From Eukaryota sp. GEM-RC1 (Eukaryota), in contig JAUFOQ010000002.1 of NCBI GenBank assembly GCA_040285855.1, forward strand, positions 124,001-188,000: DNA of 64,000 nucleotides, read 5' to 3'. The position numbers and the translations under genes were made by a program. The notes under the pieces are model-generated. The model had not been told where the DNA came from, searched no databases, and saw only the letters and a program-made list of their open reading frames with translations. This document shows, one piece after another, positions 59,723 to 64,000 of the stretch (position 1 is the first letter of the stretch; each line of letters starts with the position of its first letter).

Positions 59723-62015
59723 CACTTTTGCTATAATCTTGACAGAACTGACTATAATCTTGACAACTTCTTTTCACTTTCCCTCAAATATCTCTCTTTA
59801 TTATTCATAAATATGAGCTTAAATCAAAACATCGTCTTAAATGAGGAGGACCCTACAATCAATATAACAACACCAGTTCCAAATAATTTGATGTCTTTTG
59901 AATCCTATGAAGATGCTGTTAACTCTCTGCAAAAGTGGGCCGGTGATAAAGGTTTCTCTCTCCGTACCGATGGTGGTAATGAAGGCCGTGGACGTGTTTA
60001 TCTTTTATGCTTTTGTGCTTCTGTCCATAGACCTGGTCGTGTTAATGAGAACAATGACATTGTTCGACGTCGCTCAAAGACAAGAGTTAGGCAATGTGCT
60101 TTTAAGCTGTACCTTAAACTTCAACGACGAACTTTGGAAGGTTGAATCAAGAAGTATAGTACACAACCATATGCTAGCAGCTGATAAAACTTCTACTTCT
60201 GAGTTGTATCACTCAATCAATTGGAAAGACTCATGTGTGCCCCGCTATCCACCACTCCGAAAAAAATCCTGTTGCAACTCAGGAAAGAAGCAAGAACCAA
60301 TAATGAAGCAGTTTTATTAACAGCCAAAGATATTTCAAATATCCGCTATAAAACGAAATTGGAATCACAGGAGGGCCGAGGGCCAATTGACAGTTTGATT
60401 GAAAAAAACGCGGACGGGTACATCTTTCGAGTTAAGTCTGATGCCGAAAACCGACTTGAAGCCCTGTTTATTGTAAACCGGGAGGTACTGCCGATTGCCA
60501 GAAGATTTCGGTGTGTGTTCTGTCTTGACAGTACTTATAAGACAAATACATTTGGTATGCCAATGTTTCATATGGTTGGTTTTACGTGTTTAAATTCATC
60601 GTTCAGTGCTGCCTGTGTCTTTATGGCGAAAGAAACTGAAGAATACTACCTTTGGACCTTGGAACAATTTAAAGATGTAATTAACATTAATCCAGGAGTT
60701 TTTCTTACAGATAAAGAAAAGGCATTGAATAATGCTGTCAGGCAAGTGTTTCCTACATCCGGTCACGTTTTATGCTTGTTCCATATCGTTCAAAATTTAA
60801 TCCAAATTAAGAACGCTAAAGGAATTTCTGATCCAGCATGGAAAATATTTATGGAACATTTTTACTCCGTAATTCAAAGTGAAGCATTAGAAGAATTTTG
60901 TTGGAATTTGGACGTGATGACAGGCAAATATGAAAATGACCGAGAATGTGGTGATGCCTTCATCTATTTAATTAACAATTGGTTCGATATGAAGGAAAGT
61001 TTCTGTTATTACAATATTGATCAATTCACTCACTTTGAAACTTACACGAACAATCGAGCCGAGTCCGCCCACAATGCACTAAAATCCGGAGATCGAATGT
61101 ACAAAAGAGACTTGGAGAGTGCTATGGAAAATGTTATGGCTACTATGGAGCATCAAGTAATCGACTTAAGAAGAAACATTGATGTTGATAAGCAGAGAGT
61201 CGACCGAGAACTGATGAACACCCCTTTATTTGTGAACGTAATTCGACACGTGTCATCTTTTGCTTTGTTGAAGGTTTTACAAATTATTGCTTTTAGCCAA
61301 ACGAATCATGTGGATTCAGTATATTCAGGTAGAACTGAGAGAATAACTGGAATTCCATGTATTCACAGCAGTAAAAGAACACAAAGACTTTCCAAAGATA
61401 TGTTTCATCGACAGTGGTGGTTAGATGAGGAAGCAGAACCGAGTTTGACTATAATCTTGACAAATGACTAAAATCTTGACAAAAATGACTATGCTCTTGA
61501 CAAAAATGACTAGAATCTTGACAGCTTCTCATTCTTGCTAGAATCTTGACAGAACTGACTAGATTCTTGACAAGTTGCTTTCTGATCCATTTTAGTGATA
61601 TCATCATTTCTTCGTCACTGCCTCACTGTCTCCCTCTTTATGTTCTGGACCTGGGAGTTTCTGCTTTCGTTATCACATATACTTTAGTAGTTCAAATTCT
61701 ACATTCTACAGTTCACTATTGCTCTAATGCTCACAATCACAATCTTTCTTGAATTTCTTACATCTTTGACAATGACTTCTGCTATCATGTCCTTCCTGGC
61801 GACACACTCTACATTTCCTTGCGGTTTTCTTCTTTTGAGTTCTTATCACCCTACCATTCTCCTCATGAACTTTTGGACCTTCGTATCGATGGGCAGACCT
61901 TGCTAAACCCACATTGGCAGCCTCTTCTAACCGTACCTTGTCTGCTGCTGACTCAGTAGACCGCCATTGATTGAACAGTTCTTCAACAGGATTAGAAATT
62001 TGACCTGGTTCTGCT
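59723..62015 (+). mobile_element. Rearranged MULE, tandem unit 2
   Basis: Repeat of unit 1 at +2293. Confidence 0.92.
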
Positions 62016-64000
62016 CACTTTTGCTATAATCTTGACAGAACTGACTATAATCTTGACAACTTCTTTTCACTTTCCCTCAAATATCTCTCTTTATTATTCA
62101 TAAATATGAGCTTAAATCAAAACATCGTCTTAAATGAGGAGGACCCTACAATCAATATAACAACACCAGTTCCAAATAATTTGATGTCTTTTGAATCCTA
62201 TGAAGATGCTGTTAACTCTCTGCAAAAGTGGGCCGGTGATAAAGGTTTCTCTCTCCGTACCGATGGTGGTAATGAAGGCCGTGGACGTGTTTATCTTTTA
62301 TGCTTTTGTGCTTCTGTCCATAGACCTGGTCGTGTTAATGAGAACAATGACATTGTTCGACGTCGCTCAAAGACAAGAGTTAGGCAATGTGCTTTTAAGC
62401 TGTACCTTAAACTTCAACGACGAACTTTGGAAGGTTGAATCAAGAAGTATAGTACACAACCATATGCTAGCAGCTGATAAAACTTCTACTTCTGAGTTGT
62501 ATCACTCAATCAATTGGAAAGACTCATGTGTGCCCCGCTATCCACCACTCCGAAAAAAATCCTGTTGCAACTCAGGAAAGAAGCAAGAACCAATAATGAA
62601 GCAGTTTTATTAACAGCCAAAGATATTTCAAATATCCGCTATAAAACGAAATTGGAATCACAGGAGGGCCAAGGGCCAATTGACAGTTTGATTGAAAAAA
62701 CGCGGACGGGTACATCTTTCGAGTTAAGTCTGATGCCGAAAACCGACTTGAAGCCCTGTTTATTGTAAACCGGGAGGTACTGCCGATTGCCAGAAGATTT
62801 CGGTATGTGTTCTGTCTTGACAGTACTTATAAGACAAATACATTTGGTATGCCAATGTTTCATATGGTTGGTTTTACGTGTTTAAATTCATCGTTCAGTG
62901 CTGCCTGTGTCTTTATGGCGAAAGAAACTGAAGAATACTATCTTTGGACCTTGGAACAATTTAAAGATGTAATTAACATTAATCCAGGAGTTTTTCTTAC
63001 AGATAAAGAAAAGGCATTGAATAATGCTGTCAGGCAAGTGTTTCCTACATCCGGTCACGTTTTATGCTTGTTCCATATCGTTCAAAATTTAATCCAAATT
63101 AAGAACGCTAAAGGAATTTCTGATCCAGCATGGAAAATATTTATGGAACATTTTTACTCCGTAATTCAAAGTGAAGCATTCGAAGAATTTTGTTGGAATT
63201 TGGACGTGATGACAGGCAAATATGAAAATGACCGAGAATGTGGTGATGCCTTCATCTATTTAATTAACAATTGGTTCGATATGAAGGAAAGTTTCTGTTA
63301 TTACAATATTGATCAATTCACTCACTTTGAAACTTACACGAACAATCGAGCCGAGTCCGCCCACAATGCACTAAAATCCGGAGATCGAATGTACAAAAGA
63401 GACTTGGAGAGTGCTATGGAAAATGTTATGGCTACTATGGAGCATCAAGTAATCGACTTAAGAAGAAACATTGATGTTGATAAGCAGAGAGTCGACCGAG
63501 AACTGATGAACACCCCTTTATTTGTGAACGTAATTCGACACGTGTCATCTTTTGCTTTGTTGAAGGTTTTACAAATTATTGCTTTTAGCCAAACGAATCA
63601 TGTGGATTCAGTATATTCAGGTAGAACTGAGAGAATAACTGGAATTCCATGTATTCACAGCAGTAAAAGAACACAAAGACTTTCCAAAGATATGTTTCAT
63701 CGACAGTGGTGGTTAGATGAGGAAGCAGAACCGAGTTTGACTATAATCTTGACAAAAATGACTAAAATCTTGACAAAAATGACTATGCTCTTGACAAAAA
63801 TGACTAGAATCTTGACAGCTTCTCATTCTTGCTAGAATCTTGACAGAACTGACTAGATTCTTGACAAGTTGCTTTCTGATCCATTTTAGTGATATCATCA
63901 TTTCTTCGTCACTGCCTCACTGTCTCCCTCTTTATGTTCTGGACCTGGGAGTTTCTGCTTTCGTTATCACATATACTTTAGTAGTTCAAATTCTACATTC
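62016..64000 (+). mobile_element. Rearranged MULE, tandem unit 3 (truncated by window end)
   Basis: Repeat of unit 2 at +2293. Confidence 0.92.

Overview
AT-rich, gene-dense eukaryotic (protist-like) DNA, with host genes interleaved among many transposable elements. Host genes recognised from motifs: amino-acid transporter, prokaryote-type iron ADH, C2H2 zinc finger, RPS12, CNBP/Gis2-like, UTP23, RING ligase, tRNA-Ile(AAT), USP, CHMP1/DID2, XPG/PIN-DEAH helicase fusion, F-box/LRR and an MLKL-NTD-like kinase-LRR. Ten inferred introns are 27-33 nt long and share an invariant branch-point-to-AG spacing. Most other frameshifts fall in homopolymer runs and look like long-read assembly errors. Mobile DNA includes many degraded CRE-like non-LTR fragments, several hAT and TA-flanked MITEs, and a young chromodomain Ty3/Gypsy element nested in a hAT element that itself splits a non-LTR copy. 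Two structures stand out. (1) A tandem array (57430 to window end, 2293-bp unit) whose unit has the geometry of a Mutator auto-integration inversion circle, including an inverted 9-bp target duplication. (2) A 248-bp element with 42-bp palindromic TG..CA ends, a 4-bp TSD and tRNA-spaced Pol III A/B boxes. All calls come from reading the sequence by eye; no database searches were run.
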